IMG/VR virus record: IMGVR_UViG_3300024517_000007 | From: a virus | Strand: one strand, 5' to 3' | Length of the DNA: 28,097 nucleotides | Part shown: positions 7,938 through 18,333 of the stretch, piece after piece | Layout: every line of letters starts with the position of its first letter | How positions within the stretch are numbered: position 1 is the stretch's first letter | Notes under the pieces: generated by a model | The model's database searches: none | The model's input: the letters and a program-made list of their open reading frames with translations, nothing else | Told to the model about the DNA's origin: nothing | Position numbers and translations under genes: made by a program

Positions 7938-8659
7938 TGGCTTATACTCCCCCCAATACCTTCGCAGATGGCACTATCGTTACGTCTGCCGATATCGAGG
8001 GCAACGAAGATGCTCTCCGTGTATACCTGCATCGAGGAATTGTTGCAGGGGACTTCGAATCCAGTAAGTGGATTCAGACCCGGCACGTCCAGCCCCCGAT
8101 GTACGAACCCTTCTCAGGTCTGCAGCACGGTGTTACCGGATACCAGGGCGGACAGTGGGCAGGCGGCACGAATGTCAAGATGCAATTCGCCACCAAGTAC
8201 CTGTCAGGGAATGGCCGCCAGGACTCCGTAGCGTTCCATCCCTTCCCGCAGACGGCCATAACCATCGCGGTGAGACAAGACGCGAAGATACTGTTCCACT
8301 ACTGGTGGGAACTGGAGAATGGTAAGGACCAGAGCACGGCAACCTATCAGGTTCCTGAGGCTGAGCGTCGGGTCTATGTGGTCCCATACAGGGGTTCCGG
8401 ATTCTCTTCGGGGAATGCCTATAGTTCCCGATACCGGTGTCAAGAGACTCGGAATAGCGGATACGGAATAGCGTCTGGATACCCTATTGGCATAGAACGT
8501 CCATTCCCCGCTGGGGCCGGATACGGTGCCAAACAGGGAACCTTCGGGAATACAATATCCTCCCCTGCCACCTTGTCGTTCGGTCTAGCCATACATTCTC
8601 TATCCGACAGGTGCGGGATTGTAAATTGGGGCATCGCCCTCGAAGCCTTCTACTTTTAA
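7937..8659 (+). CDS. Beta-rich virion protein (240 aa), putative tail fibre or receptor-binding component
   Basis: TGATG overlap with the upstream gene. The N-terminal TFADGTIVTSADIEGNEDAL is analogous to that of the preceding gene. Confidence 0.45.
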   Translation: MAYTPPNTFADGTIVTSADIEGNEDALRVYLHRGIVAGDFESSKWIQTRHVQPPMYEPFSGLQHGVTGYQGGQWAGGTNVKMQFATKYLSGNGRQDSVAFHPFPQTAITIAVRQDAKILFHYWWELENGKDQSTATYQVPEAERRVYVVPYRGSGFSSGNAYSSRYRCQETRNSGYGIASGYPIGIERPFPAGAGYGAKQGTFGNTISSPATLSFGLAIHSLSDRCGIVNWGIALEAFYF

Positions 8660-8671
8660 GGAGATAACCAC

Positions 8672-9337
8672 ATGCCTATCTCTGCGCTTGCTGCAATGGG
8701 AATTATGGCGGGGGCTAGTGCTCTCGGTGCCGGAATCTCAGGTATCGGCCAAGCCCGTGCTGCCAAGAAGATGATGCTCACCGATGCCGAGAAGCGAGAG
8801 CTTGCGGATCTGGAGAAGCGTAGGCGTACCGGACAGTTGGGACTAACTGAGCAGGAACGTGGCCGCATGGAGCAGCAGTTCCTTGCCGAACAGGCAGGTG
8901 CCCAACGTGAACTGGAGGCTACGGCCCTACAGCAGGCCGCCGCCCGTGGTCTTGGTGGTGCCGTATCGGGTCGTGACATATTCCTCCAGGAGCAGGCGCA
9001 GGCGCAGGCCGAACGCGGTATGCGCCAGCAGCAGAATGTCCTAGTCCAGCAGGCAGAGGCCGCCGAGGCAGCGGCGGAGGAGGCCCGCATGCAGGCCATG
9101 CGCACCCAGCAGAAGGAAGCAGAAGCCGCACGTACGGCTGCCATCTGGGGGGCCGTTGGTGGTGCACTTGGGGCTGGTGCCCAGGGTGGAATGCAGGTCG
9201 CTGGGCAGGCGCAGGCGGCTGAAATGCAGGCCGCTCAGCTTGAAGCCCAGGCTCAGCAGACGAAGGACTTGATTCGTATGTACCAGTACAGCGGTGGTGG
9301 TCCCACCTTTGGTCGTTTCTCCACTGGAGGCTTCTGA
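8672..9337 (+). CDS. Internal virion / ejection protein candidate with an N-terminal Gly/Ala-zipper hydrophobic segment (221 aa)
   Basis: Strong SD (AAGGAGataaccacATG). The N-terminus is ISALAAMGIMAGASALGAGISGIG, followed by Q/A/E-rich helical sequence and a Gly-rich tail. Its position is equivalent to T7 gp13/gp14. Confidence 0.45.
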   Translation: MPISALAAMGIMAGASALGAGISGIGQARAAKKMMLTDAEKRELADLEKRRRTGQLGLTEQERGRMEQQFLAEQAGAQRELEATALQQAAARGLGGAVSGRDIFLQEQAQAQAERGMRQQQNVLVQQAEAAEAAAEEARMQAMRTQQKEAEAARTAAIWGAVGGALGAGAQGGMQVAGQAQAAEMQAAQLEAQAQQTKDLIRMYQYSGGGPTFGRFSTGGF

Positions 9338-11406
9338 TGGCTACACCCACTGGACGCAGGATGAACTACATAGAGCGTTACGCTCATGCGGCGGCGGCTG
9401 CATACCGTGTAGACCAGATCCGCACCACAATAGAAGCTGAACAGGATAGGGTCCAGTATTTGGACTCTCTCATTGGACAGGAACGCCAGACTCTTGCTGG
9501 GCTGCAGGATATCTTCCGCGCAGAAGACGTGGACTATTCCACCGCTGCCAAGCTTATCTCTCAGATGGAAGGAACCAAGGTTCTTATAGAAGAGACAAGG
9601 GCAGGGGCCACCGCCCGTGCTTCTGAGGCAGCCAAACTCCCTGCTGGCCTTCGTAACCCCAATTTGACTGGTGGCAACTACGCACTAGCCGCTGTGCAGG
9701 AGATCGCCGGTTCTGCTGGTATGACTCCCCAGAGGAAGAGAGCCATCCTCGAAGAGGCAACGAAGCGTGGTGTCTCTCCCGGTGACGTATCCCAACTTCG
9801 TTCCAGGCTTGATACTGTCAAGACTGTAACCGTCGGTGGCCTCACCGCCATGGAGCAAGAGGCAATCACTGAGGCCGAGAGAGCAGCACAGGAGGCCCAG
9901 GAGGCGGCATTCTTCGCTGGTCCCTCCGGTATCCGTGGTGGATTCGAGGGGATGGCCGAGGCCGACAACAGGAAGATGACTTCTTCAATGTTGAAGGAGG
10001 CCGGTCTTACAGAGCGTGCCAAGCTCCTTGAGGACTCGCAGTACGCGACTGAGGATGAGGCTCTCGACGCTGCCTTGGAGACGGTGCGCCTTACTGGTGA
10101 CCTACCTCCTGCCGGGATCGAGAGAGACATTTACGAGCGTGCACGCCAGTTGAAGGCGTATCGCAATGACCAGCGTGCGGACTTTGAGCAGGAGGTCCTT
10201 GACTCGCGTAAGCGGCTCGCCACCCTGGATAGAGAACGCTCCAAGATTGCCGATGCATATGATGACCCTCAGCAGGAATTCCTCCGTCGAGAGTTGACCG
10301 CACGTGGCTACACCTTCTACGATCGGGATTCCCCGGACGCGTGGAAGAATCAATACGTCCAATACCAGCAGTCTCCCGATTATGGGGTTTACCTCGGGGC
10401 GGCAGAACGATACAAGAAGGCCATTGAAGAAGACCGAGCCATAGAGCCTTCTACCCGCGCTGAGAACATAGTCACCTCTTACACGATGATGTTGGACAGA
10501 CGTGGCGAGTCTATGTCTGTCGACAAGATTCGTGGTCAGTTGGCTAAGGCCGGGATCAAGGGCAAGGAACAGGAGGATGCCATATCCTTCGTGATGGCCT
10601 ATTGGGAGGCTGGTGGTCCCGAGCAGGATCCGTCAATGCGTGAGATGGCGCGCAAGGATGAAGAGGCCCGCAAGAGGGAAGAGAACCTCCGCAGGCAGCG
10701 TGCAGAGGCCATGAAGCGGGAAGCTGACATCGCTCGCGACGTCACCACTCAGATGGAACGAGAGCAGGTAGCAGCCGTAGAGGACCTCCGTCGCGAACAG
10801 GCTACGATGGCCTTCCCCGCCAAGGAGTACGCCCGCCTCCGGGCCATGGGCAAGACGCCTGAGGAAGCCCGCGAGGCGGCAATGCGAGTCGCCGAGAAGG
10901 TTGAAACTGCCCCATCAGCAGCCAAGATAGTCATGAGCCCCGAATCTGTTCTTGAACGCCAGAGGCGCATAGACATCGAGCGCCCCAAGCGTGAAGCTGC
11001 TGAAATCCGGCAAATTCAATTCAAGACTGATGAGCCCGAAGGGGTTGACACTGTTGCTCCCGCTGCAACCCCTTCGGGCTCTGTTGCCAACGGCGTGATC
11101 GTTGACCCCAATGACCCCAAGCTGTCATATAGGAAGACACCAAGTGGTGACTCTTACATGGTGATGCGGGATGGGATCCCCTTCACGGCAGTCCGCAGGG
11201 ATGACCCCAGCCCACGTATGAGAAGGGCCTTCGAGTCCATCGAGAGCGTCGCTGGAGGTGGAGCCCCACTGCCTCCCTACCAGCCGCCCAAGACGCAACC
11301 CGAGGCACCGGAAGGGCCTTCCTTGCCCCCTCCCGCTCCCAAACCACCAACCCGCAAGAAGTGGAACCCGGTTACGGGCCGCATGGAAGAGGTGACCGGT
11401 GGCTGA
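9337..11406 (+). CDS. Internal core / ejection protein candidate (689 aa, highly charged helical, Pro-rich C-terminus)
   Basis: TGATG coupling to the upstream gene. Long E/R/A/K-rich stretches end in ...PLPPYQPPKTQPEAPEGPSLPPPAPKPP. Its position is equivalent to T7 gp15. Confidence 0.45.
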   Translation: MATPTGRRMNYIERYAHAAAAAYRVDQIRTTIEAEQDRVQYLDSLIGQERQTLAGLQDIFRAEDVDYSTAAKLISQMEGTKVLIEETRAGATARASEAAKLPAGLRNPNLTGGNYALAAVQEIAGSAGMTPQRKRAILEEATKRGVSPGDVSQLRSRLDTVKTVTVGGLTAMEQEAITEAERAAQEAQEAAFFAGPSGIRGGFEGMAEADNRKMTSSMLKEAGLTERAKLLEDSQYATEDEALDAALETVRLTGDLPPAGIERDIYERARQLKAYRNDQRADFEQEVLDSRKRLATLDRERSKIADAYDDPQQEFLRRELTARGYTFYDRDSPDAWKNQYVQYQQSPDYGVYLGAAERYKKAIEEDRAIEPSTRAENIVTSYTMMLDRRGESMSVDKIRGQLAKAGIKGKEQEDAISFVMAYWEAGGPEQDPSMREMARKDEEARKREENLRRQRAEAMKREADIARDVTTQMEREQVAAVEDLRREQATMAFPAKEYARLRAMGKTPEEAREAAMRVAEKVETAPSAAKIVMSPESVLERQRRIDIERPKREAAEIRQIQFKTDEPEGVDTVAPAATPSGSVANGVIVDPNDPKLSYRKTPSGDSYMVMRDGIPFTAVRRDDPSPRMRRAFESIESVAGGGAPLPPYQPPKTQPEAPEGPSLPPPAPKPPTRKKWNPVTGRMEEVTGG

Positions 11407-14400
11407 ATTCGAGATCGATGGCGTCATCTATGAATTCCCTGATGACTTCTCAGACGAGAAGGTGATTGGGATTCTGCGCGAGCAGAATATTATCCCGCCT
11501 CCTGCTGCTGCCCCTCAAGAGACAGCAACCCCCCTAATCAAGGAGGCACCTCCCCGCGCCGTGGTGGATATTCTTCCTGGTAGTGCCACCCAGGCGCTTG
11601 CTGAGGAAGCTATCACCAAGGCTGCCGGGGAAGAGGTGGCCGCCGCCACTCCCACCGGGATCATCGGGTCTGTGCTCGAAGAAGAGGAGAGGGTCAAGGC
11701 ACGGCTCGCGAAGGAGCAGGAGCGCCAGAGGTCCAAGATGGTCCAGCCCGGTGTGACAGAGCCTCGTACCCCTGGCTTCTTCGGTCCATTCCGCCCCACC
11801 GAAGTCCGCGAGAGGTTGACCTATAAGGTCCCTGCTGCGCTGGACCTCGATGCTGAATACGCCCCGTATGAGCAGTTCCCTGAGGGTTTTGACGTAGCTG
11901 ACCTCGAAACCCGTGTGGAGCGCATGACACAGGACCCTGAGACTGGTAAGTACAGAACCCCCACCGGATGGGAGGAATTCGTAGAGGCGTTTGCCCTGCA
12001 GCCGGTTCTCACGGAGGCTTCTGCGCGTGAACAGGAGCAGGCCCTATACCGGGAGCAGCTTGCTCGTGAGAAGGGATATTATGGAGAGACGCCCTTCTAT
12101 GACTATCCGGGCTCAATAGTACAGCAGGCATTTGAACAGCCCGATATTGAGGGCCGGGGAGTCATCGAGACAGAGCTTGCTGGCGGCCTGCGCTCCTTGC
12201 TCTCTTGGGGTTCAGCAGCCGCAGCGGAGGGTTACTTCCGCACCCTTGGATACGAAGTCGACGAGAGAGGGTTCCCGAAGGATCCGGATGACTGGGGTTA
12301 CGCCTTGGCTCAATGGCGCGAGTCAATGGGCATCCCAGGAGTCGTGGGTGTTGCCTTCGACGTGCCCGAAGTCGTACGCGAATCAGCATTCGGAGAGGAA
12401 GTCGGACTCCCTGACAGGTTTGGTTTCGCGGTCCCGACATTCGGTGTCCCATCAACCAGAACCCAGAAGAAGACGTCAACCTTCGACCCTGAACAGCGCC
12501 GTGTGGTAGACGCCAACACGGAAGACTGGAAGAAGCGAATCTTCCAGGGGGTAGCCAAGGGCCGCACTTGGGGCGACGAATTCCTTGATATGCCAGATAT
12601 GGCTCAGTGGTACCTCGCCAACACGGGCAACCCTGACCACGCCTATCTATCAGGTCTACTTGTGGAGCTTGTAATGCCCGCAGGCCCTGAGTTGGCGGCT
12701 AGTGCCGTGGGATACGGAGGGGGACTCGCTGCGGACCTTGCCAGATTGGGACCCAAACTCAGGCAGTACAAGGCTCTCACCAAGGCAGAGAAGCTTCTTC
12801 ACGAAGCACACGTGGCTAACAAGGTTGCCGGCGCCAAACTCCTGACTGTTGAGAAGGCCGCCGCCAAAGCTGGGGCTAAACCCGGTGCTTCCCTTATGCG
12901 AGCCACTGAGGAAGCCAGGGTTGCACAGGACGCACTCGATGCTGCTCGTGCCACAGCGTCTGAACTCCGCGCAGCCGTCATGGGCAACTACGACCCCGCT
13001 CTTGGGGCTTCCCTTGCGCGTAAGGCAGCCAGGAAGGTGGGGGCCACTGATGACCAGCAGCGCGCCTTGAAGACTATCCTCCGGTCCGAGAAGCCCACCA
13101 CTGTTGAGAGCCTTGCTGGTGCTCTCCGTAAGGCTGGGCTGCCAGAGGATCGTGTCGATGCAACCATGAGGCTTGTGGCTCAGAACCTCCCTGAAGATCT
13201 CGTTGCTTTGACCGACGAGATCGCAGTCCCCCGTTCAATCCTCCCTGAGGCCAAGAAGAAGCTCGCCGCTAATCGGGCCAAGATATTCAGGTACGACGAC
13301 TATGATAAGGCCAAAAACCTCCGTGAGGTGGCCTTGACCATGCCTGAGTCACAGGCACGTACCAAGGCTATAGAGCTTGCGCAGAAGGCCATGGAGGCTG
13401 GCACTGTAGACAAATCCACTTCTCGTGCGCTTGACTCTCTGGCTAGGCAACTCACCAAGGAGGCAAAAGCAGCAGGGAGGGATATAGATGTGGTACGGGC
13501 CATAAACGAGCGTCCTCCGTCTGGGGTATTCAAGGCCATAGGTGGCTCCCTTGGTGAGGAGATGCTGAACAGGTTCGGTGACCTCGTGACCTGGGACGAC
13601 ATTCCTGCTGACGTTCGTAGGCAGATTGTCTCCATTTATGATATAGCAACAGTGGATGACTACGGGAAGCTCGCCAGACTTAATCGTGACTTGACGCGTG
13701 CCAAGACCTTCTTCTCTTCGGCTGAACGCGGCGTAAAGTCCATGGTTAGGAACAGTGACTTCTTCAAGTCACGGGCAAACACCCTGACCAACCGCGCCCT
13801 CCGTGGTGTGGAATCACTGGCAGGTGAACCCGCCTCTCTGTCCACCCGTGGTCTTATAGCGCGTGACCTGTATGACTTCCTCCTGGACCCGAGAGGGTTG
13901 CAGAGGCTCCGCGCCAAGGCGTGGATGGACCCCGAGCTTTACAGAGAGACTGTAACCACCGCCAGAATGGCTAAGGAATTGGAGCAGGCCGCCGCCACCG
14001 TCATCAGGACCTACGGTGATAGGCTTCTCCCCCTAGCCAGGGAACTTGGCTCGTATGACAAGGCTATCGAGAGGCTGCTCGAAACAACCCTGAGTGGGGT
14101 TGGGGATAGCCCGACCACCGCTTGGGATTCAATCCTGGACTCTTTGTACGGCGGTCCCGCTAAGGACCAAATCAAGGCTGCAATAGCCCAAGAGGCTGAC
14201 ACCCGCTGGAGTGAACTCGGGGTTAATGTCCGTCCCGCTGAGGGCGATAAGCCGATCTCCGTTGAGTTCAATAACTATCCTAGTATTGATCAGGTCAAAG
14301 CTCTTGACTCGTTCTTCGTAGGAGAGGGCGTTCTTCCGGGAGTTACGGGTGGTCTGCTTGGGAAGCTCACAGAGGGCGACGTTGAAATGGCCTTCGTCAA

Positions 14401-16390
14401 GGCCACAATAGAGTCCGGGTTGAAGAAGGAGATACTCAAAAACAAGGCTCTGACTCGAATGGTGTCCGAGTCCACTCCTGACGTGGACCTCGCCCTCAGG
14501 CTCAGGTCCACAGACCAAGGGGGTGTCAGTACGTTCGGTGTTGGTTCCTCAATATCCACCGCCCAGGCAGAGAAGATAGCCAGAGACTCGTTTGCCAACC
14601 CTGTGGCCGGGACCTTCTTGGAACTCCCCGAGTACCTCAGGGGGGCAGTGGGTCCCAGGTACGTTTCTCTCCCTGAGGATACGGCGGTTGCCGCTGCGCT
14701 TAACAAGGGTGGGGAAGAACTGTTCCGGATGCTGGACTCGGTTCCTGTCAAGCAACGTGGTTACCTGTCATCGAATACCTTCTCGGATATAATTGGTCGC
14801 GTGCGCCGTGATGTGTTCCAGCGCATAAACACTGGATACATAGCTCCCAACATCATCCCTCTTGCAGAGCGGGTCGCATCGACATATCTGATACCTATGT
14901 CCACCATTGGTGTGGGTCCCACCTTGCGTGCCATAGGGAGACAGATGACCCCAGAGGTCGTCACTGAGGCCATAAACAAGGTTATGAAGCGGAGGGTGTA
15001 CTCCGGGGGTCTTGAAGCCCCGGATGGGACCTACTACTCCCCAAGGATGATAGACAACCTCGCCAATGAGTACGGACTGGGTATGACCCGTCTGGAGTCA
15101 TCCAGGGTGGGTTCTCTCGCACAAGACCTCCGAAGGCAGGCCAAGGCGCAGGCCAAGGCGCAAGGGCTGGACAAGGGTGCGAAGAAGGCCGCATACGACT
15201 TCTTGTACGAGGAGGCCAATCCCTTCGGTCGCTCCTACTGGAACACTCTCGCTGACAACATCGAGCGCAACTTCCGGCGCAACGTGTTTGAGTCTGGGCT
15301 CGCGGCAGGAATGGCACCCGCAGACGCCGCTGAACTTGCTCGGAGGTCAAACTTCGATTATGCCTCAGTTCCTGGTCTGCTTGCCGAACAGGCTGCCCAG
15401 GCATACGGCAATGCTGGTTTCGCGTATCAGGCCGCCGCAGAACTGAGTGGCAAGGTGTTGGACAACCCCGCGTTGGTGAGTTCCTACCTCAAGGCCCATC
15501 GGGAGCGTGCCAAGTACCAGGATCCCTACAACCTGCGTGGTGATAAGGCCATCAAGACTATTGGGATGATGAACATCGAAGGTGATGATTATTACCTCCC
15601 TGAGTCCCCTGCCTTCAAGCCTATCGATTGGACCATAGCCCTCGCCCGTGGTGCGGATAAATGGGTTGGGGATGTAGCATATGCTGCCAGCCTGACCGAA
15701 GATAACGTTAGCGGTGTTCTCGACGGAGGAGAGGCACTCATATATGGTGGACTTGGAGCAGCAGCAGAAGTTGGTTCTGAGATCCTTGTTCCAGGTGTTT
15801 TCGACGCCTATAAGCGGTTCCAAGAAGGAGAGGGTTACGCCACACAGGGCATCCCTGATTCCAGACCCATAACCGACGAGAAGGCGTACTGGGCCGCTGC
15901 GCTTATAGCCAATGCTCAGGACCCGTACCATGAGCAGGGTGGGGCGTGGAACACATTCACCAATTCCTTCCCGCATACTCAGGTCAAGCCACCACCCAAG
16001 TACGCAGACCCCACTGATCCCACCGGGATGACCTGGATAGCCCAGCCCCCAGAAGGTATTCCGCACATTATGTGGGAACCCGGTCCCGGCAAGGCACCGA
16101 GATATTATGCTATGCGCCCGACCAACGAGGCCCTGTCTCGTATAGCCATCCTTCGTGGTCTTGACCCACTTGGGATAGACAGGGCGCTTCCTCTCTATTC
16201 GACCTTCTGGGAGCCCCAGCCTGGGGGTTCTGTCTTGTACACCGAGGGCCGTCTTCCTGAGTCCACCGCTGAGGCACTCGGGGAACTTACTGTTCCACGT
16301 GTGAAGGGCGGTGCAGGTAGAAGAGAAGAAGTCTTGCAGAGAGAGTTGATCAGGGGCGTCAGAGAAGACGTCGAGGTCAAGGCAGAGTAA
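11399..16390 (+). CDS. Giant virion protein (1663 aa), internal core / DNA-ejection protein candidate
   Basis: GTG 11399 lies 6 nt after GAGG and overlaps the upstream stop by 8 nt. It is a single uninterrupted ORF covering about 18% of the genome, at a position equivalent to T7 gp16. I recognised no catalytic motif by eye. Confidence 0.5.
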   Translation: MAEFEIDGVIYEFPDDFSDEKVIGILREQNIIPPPAAAPQETATPLIKEAPPRAVVDILPGSATQALAEEAITKAAGEEVAAATPTGIIGSVLEEEERVKARLAKEQERQRSKMVQPGVTEPRTPGFFGPFRPTEVRERLTYKVPAALDLDAEYAPYEQFPEGFDVADLETRVERMTQDPETGKYRTPTGWEEFVEAFALQPVLTEASAREQEQALYREQLAREKGYYGETPFYDYPGSIVQQAFEQPDIEGRGVIETELAGGLRSLLSWGSAAAAEGYFRTLGYEVDERGFPKDPDDWGYALAQWRESMGIPGVVGVAFDVPEVVRESAFGEEVGLPDRFGFAVPTFGVPSTRTQKKTSTFDPEQRRVVDANTEDWKKRIFQGVAKGRTWGDEFLDMPDMAQWYLANTGNPDHAYLSGLLVELVMPAGPELAASAVGYGGGLAADLARLGPKLRQYKALTKAEKLLHEAHVANKVAGAKLLTVEKAAAKAGAKPGASLMRATEEARVAQDALDAARATASELRAAVMGNYDPALGASLARKAARKVGATDDQQRALKTILRSEKPTTVESLAGALRKAGLPEDRVDATMRLVAQNLPEDLVALTDEIAVPRSILPEAKKKLAANRAKIFRYDDYDKAKNLREVALTMPESQARTKAIELAQKAMEAGTVDKSTSRALDSLARQLTKEAKAAGRDIDVVRAINERPPSGVFKAIGGSLGEEMLNRFGDLVTWDDIPADVRRQIVSIYDIATVDDYGKLARLNRDLTRAKTFFSSAERGVKSMVRNSDFFKSRANTLTNRALRGVESLAGEPASLSTRGLIARDLYDFLLDPRGLQRLRAKAWMDPELYRETVTTARMAKELEQAAATVIRTYGDRLLPLARELGSYDKAIERLLETTLSGVGDSPTTAWDSILDSLYGGPAKDQIKAAIAQEADTRWSELGVNVRPAEGDKPISVEFNNYPSIDQVKALDSFFVGEGVLPGVTGGLLGKLTEGDVEMAFVKATIESGLKKEILKNKALTRMVSESTPDVDLALRLRSTDQGGVSTFGVGSSISTAQAEKIARDSFANPVAGTFLELPEYLRGAVGPRYVSLPEDTAVAAALNKGGEELFRMLDSVPVKQRGYLSSNTFSDIIGRVRRDVFQRINTGYIAPNIIPLAERVASTYLIPMSTIGVGPTLRAIGRQMTPEVVTEAINKVMKRRVYSGGLEAPDGTYYSPRMIDNLANEYGLGMTRLESSRVGSLAQDLRRQAKAQAKAQGLDKGAKKAAYDFLYEEANPFGRSYWNTLADNIERNFRRNVFESGLAAGMAPADAAELARRSNFDYASVPGLLAEQAAQAYGNAGFAYQAAAELSGKVLDNPALVSSYLKAHRERAKYQDPYNLRGDKAIKTIGMMNIEGDDYYLPESPAFKPIDWTIALARGADKWVGDVAYAASLTEDNVSGVLDGGEALIYGGLGAAAEVGSEILVPGVFDAYKRFQEGEGYATQGIPDSRPITDEKAYWAAALIANAQDPYHEQGGAWNTFTNSFPHTQVKPPPKYADPTDPTGMTWIAQPPEGIPHIMWEPGPGKAPRYYAMRPTNEALSRIAILRGLDPLGIDRALPLYSTFWEPQPGGSVLYTEGRLPESTAEALGELTVPRVKGGAGRREEVLQRELIRGVREDVEVKAE

Positions 16391-16427
16391 AGTACAACCA
16401 GCCGTCCGAGCATGAGGAGGAACCAAC

Positions 16428-16868
16428 GTGCCCACTCGTATAACTCACTTCCTGCACGATTCTGTGCAGGTCCCCGCCGCCCCCCCGGTCCTCGGGACCG
16501 CATTCGCCACTGCCGATGTTCACGTCCATGACCTGAACGCGCAGCTTGCCCCGCTAATGGCCTCGAAGCGTAACTTCCGGGGCATCGTCAATGGCATCCA
16601 CGTTCGTCTAACGAATGTCGGGGCCGCTACGAAGGTTACTATCAGAGTCTGTGCTGATGCCGCAGGTGATCTGGTTCTCGTGCCAGACACCGAGGCGACA
16701 ATCGTTCCGGGCATCACCACTACCACCTCAGCGTGTGCTGCCTTCAAGGTGGACATGCCCCTGTTCCAGATCCTCGCGGGTCCGGGCAATGGCAATCTCT
16801 ACCTGTTCGCCAAGGTGGACGCTGGAACGCCGAATTTTGCACAGTCCTGCATCACTTGGCAGGAGTAA
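16428..16868 (+). CDS. Beta-rich structural protein (146 aa)
   Basis: GTG start after AGGAGG (gAGGAGGaaccaacGTG). It lies in a high-GC segment and is followed 3 nt later by the next gene. Confidence 0.45.
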   Translation: MPTRITHFLHDSVQVPAAPPVLGTAFATADVHVHDLNAQLAPLMASKRNFRGIVNGIHVRLTNVGAATKVTIRVCADAAGDLVLVPDTEATIVPGITTTTSACAAFKVDMPLFQILAGPGNGNLYLFAKVDAGTPNFAQSCITWQE

Positions 16869-16871
16869 CAG

Positions 16872-17651
16872 ATGTCTGTCACTCCTTGCTTCGATCCCGT
16901 TACCGGGGCCAGTGGGGGTGCGCCTCCTGCTGTTTCGGCTTCCCTTTATGATGTGCCCTTCGACGGTCCCATCGACCTCACCGACGGGACCTGGACACTC
17001 TACGACCCTGACAACCTCATCCAGTCCATCAGCTACGCTGGGGGCTGGCACACGGTCGTGTGGAACGCTCTCGCGGTGGGCTCTGCCGACTACAACTGGT
17101 CGGCAGGCACGAACCACCGGTCGCCTCGGTGGTACAAGGCGGCGGAGATCGACGGCAATCAGGTCACCTCCGACGACATCACGCAGGCCATCTTCTACAT
17201 CCAGACGGACAACACGAACCGGGGCGACTTCGACAACGGCATCGTCCATGGCATCTGTGTAGACCCTGCCTCGACAGTCGCGACCACCATCGCCGCCTGC
17301 GGGCTCTACGCCAACGCCCTGTCTGGCGGCACGCAGACGGCCCTCGGGGTCTTCACGGTCAATGGCTCTGCCACTGCGGGGGTGGGCTCGTCCGACCGCT
17401 GCATGACGACCTTCCAGTACGGAGGCGGTCACGGCGGCTCTGGCTGCTTCACGGTCATCGACAACTCGGGAGGCCGCATCCAGAACGGCTCCCGGAACTC
17501 CGCAGCGATCCTCCCGGCTGCCACCGATCTCTTCTGGATGGTCGGGCTTGGTACTCGCGGGAACACCATCACCATCGCTCTCAACGACGAGAGCCAGCGG
17601 TTCAAGGTCTACCGGAAGGCCATGAAGACCGACCTCGCAGGAGTCCTCTGA
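16872..17651 (+). CDS. Beta-rich structural protein (259 aa), possible receptor-binding / jelly-roll type
   Basis: ATG is preceded by GGAG. The composition is rich in Gly/Thr/Asn/Asp/Trp. Its position after the core proteins corresponds to the fibre slot of T7-like maps. No specific motif was recognised. Confidence 0.4.
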   Translation: MSVTPCFDPVTGASGGAPPAVSASLYDVPFDGPIDLTDGTWTLYDPDNLIQSISYAGGWHTVVWNALAVGSADYNWSAGTNHRSPRWYKAAEIDGNQVTSDDITQAIFYIQTDNTNRGDFDNGIVHGICVDPASTVATTIAACGLYANALSGGTQTALGVFTVNGSATAGVGSSDRCMTTFQYGGGHGGSGCFTVIDNSGGRIQNGSRNSAAILPAATDLFWMVGLGTRGNTITIALNDESQRFKVYRKAMKTDLAGVL

Positions 17652-17875
17652 TGCCCAGCGTAGACATTGACACCCAGCAGGTGAAATTCGAGGTCGTCAA
17701 CGACACCACGGGATTCATTATCCCGGTCATCATCCCGGTGGACCAGATTCCAGAGTGGGAGGCTGCTTACGATCCCGCGTCTTCTACCAGCCCTTCTGCT
17801 GCCAACAGCCGCATCATCGCCCGTGCGGTTCTTGATGCACTGAAGGCTGTTACAGAGACGCCAGACGTCCCTTAA
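17651..17875 (+). CDS. Hypothetical protein (74 aa)
   Basis: ATG 17651 overlaps the upstream stop (TGATG). This is the only plausible start within the long alternative-frame ORF 17060-17875. Confidence 0.4.
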   Translation: MPSVDIDTQQVKFEVVNDTTGFIIPVIIPVDQIPEWEAAYDPASSTSPSAANSRIIARAVLDALKAVTETPDVP

Positions 17876-18044
17876 CGGCTGCCGAGCCTAAACTGGACAA
17901 ATCCACGCGACCTACTCCATATTGGGCCAGACCTGACTTGATGCCCCAACCAATGGCCAAACAGGTCTATGACAAGTGGAGAAGGTCTTATCCTGACAAC
18001 TACAATGGGGGCGTGCCACCGCGCCCTTACAACAGGAGAAGGGG

Positions 18045-18323
18045 ATGACCTTCGAGAATCTGCTTCCCATACTGACCGGCCCAGCCGCTGCTCTCGGTGT
18101 TTGCCTTCTTATCGGGTTGGGAGTTTACAAGCTCCTCAGGGACCTCGTAGTCCCCATGATGCACAACGCAGTCACTCGCCACCTGGATCAGGTCGATGAT
18201 ATGATGAAGCATCACACACGCGAGCATGAGCGCATAATGGGTGGTCTTGACGCCTTGAATGCGAGAATTGAATCCGGCGTGTGCGAGTCTCCCAAGTGTG
18301 GATTCATTGAGGCTGCCAAATAA
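18045..18323 (+). CDS. Single-pass membrane protein (92 aa), holin or i-spanin candidate
   Basis: SD (cAGGAGaaggggATG). One N-terminal hydrophobic span ([22 protein letters not shown]) is followed by a helical charged tail. It is the first gene of a cluster that ends with the endolysin. Confidence 0.5.
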   Translation: MTFENLLPILTGPAAALGVCLLIGLGVYKLLRDLVVPMMHNAVTRHLDQVDDMMKHHTREHERIMGGLDALNARIESGVCESPKCGFIEAAK

Positions 18324-18333
18324 GGAGGTTGTC

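Noticed and set aside
17941-18048. A 35-codon ORF ([35 protein letters not shown]) ending in an ATGA overlap with the membrane-protein gene.
   Set aside because: It has no recognisable SD and is very short with a low-complexity basic sequence. I cannot support it from sequence alone, although the coupling geometry is suggestive.
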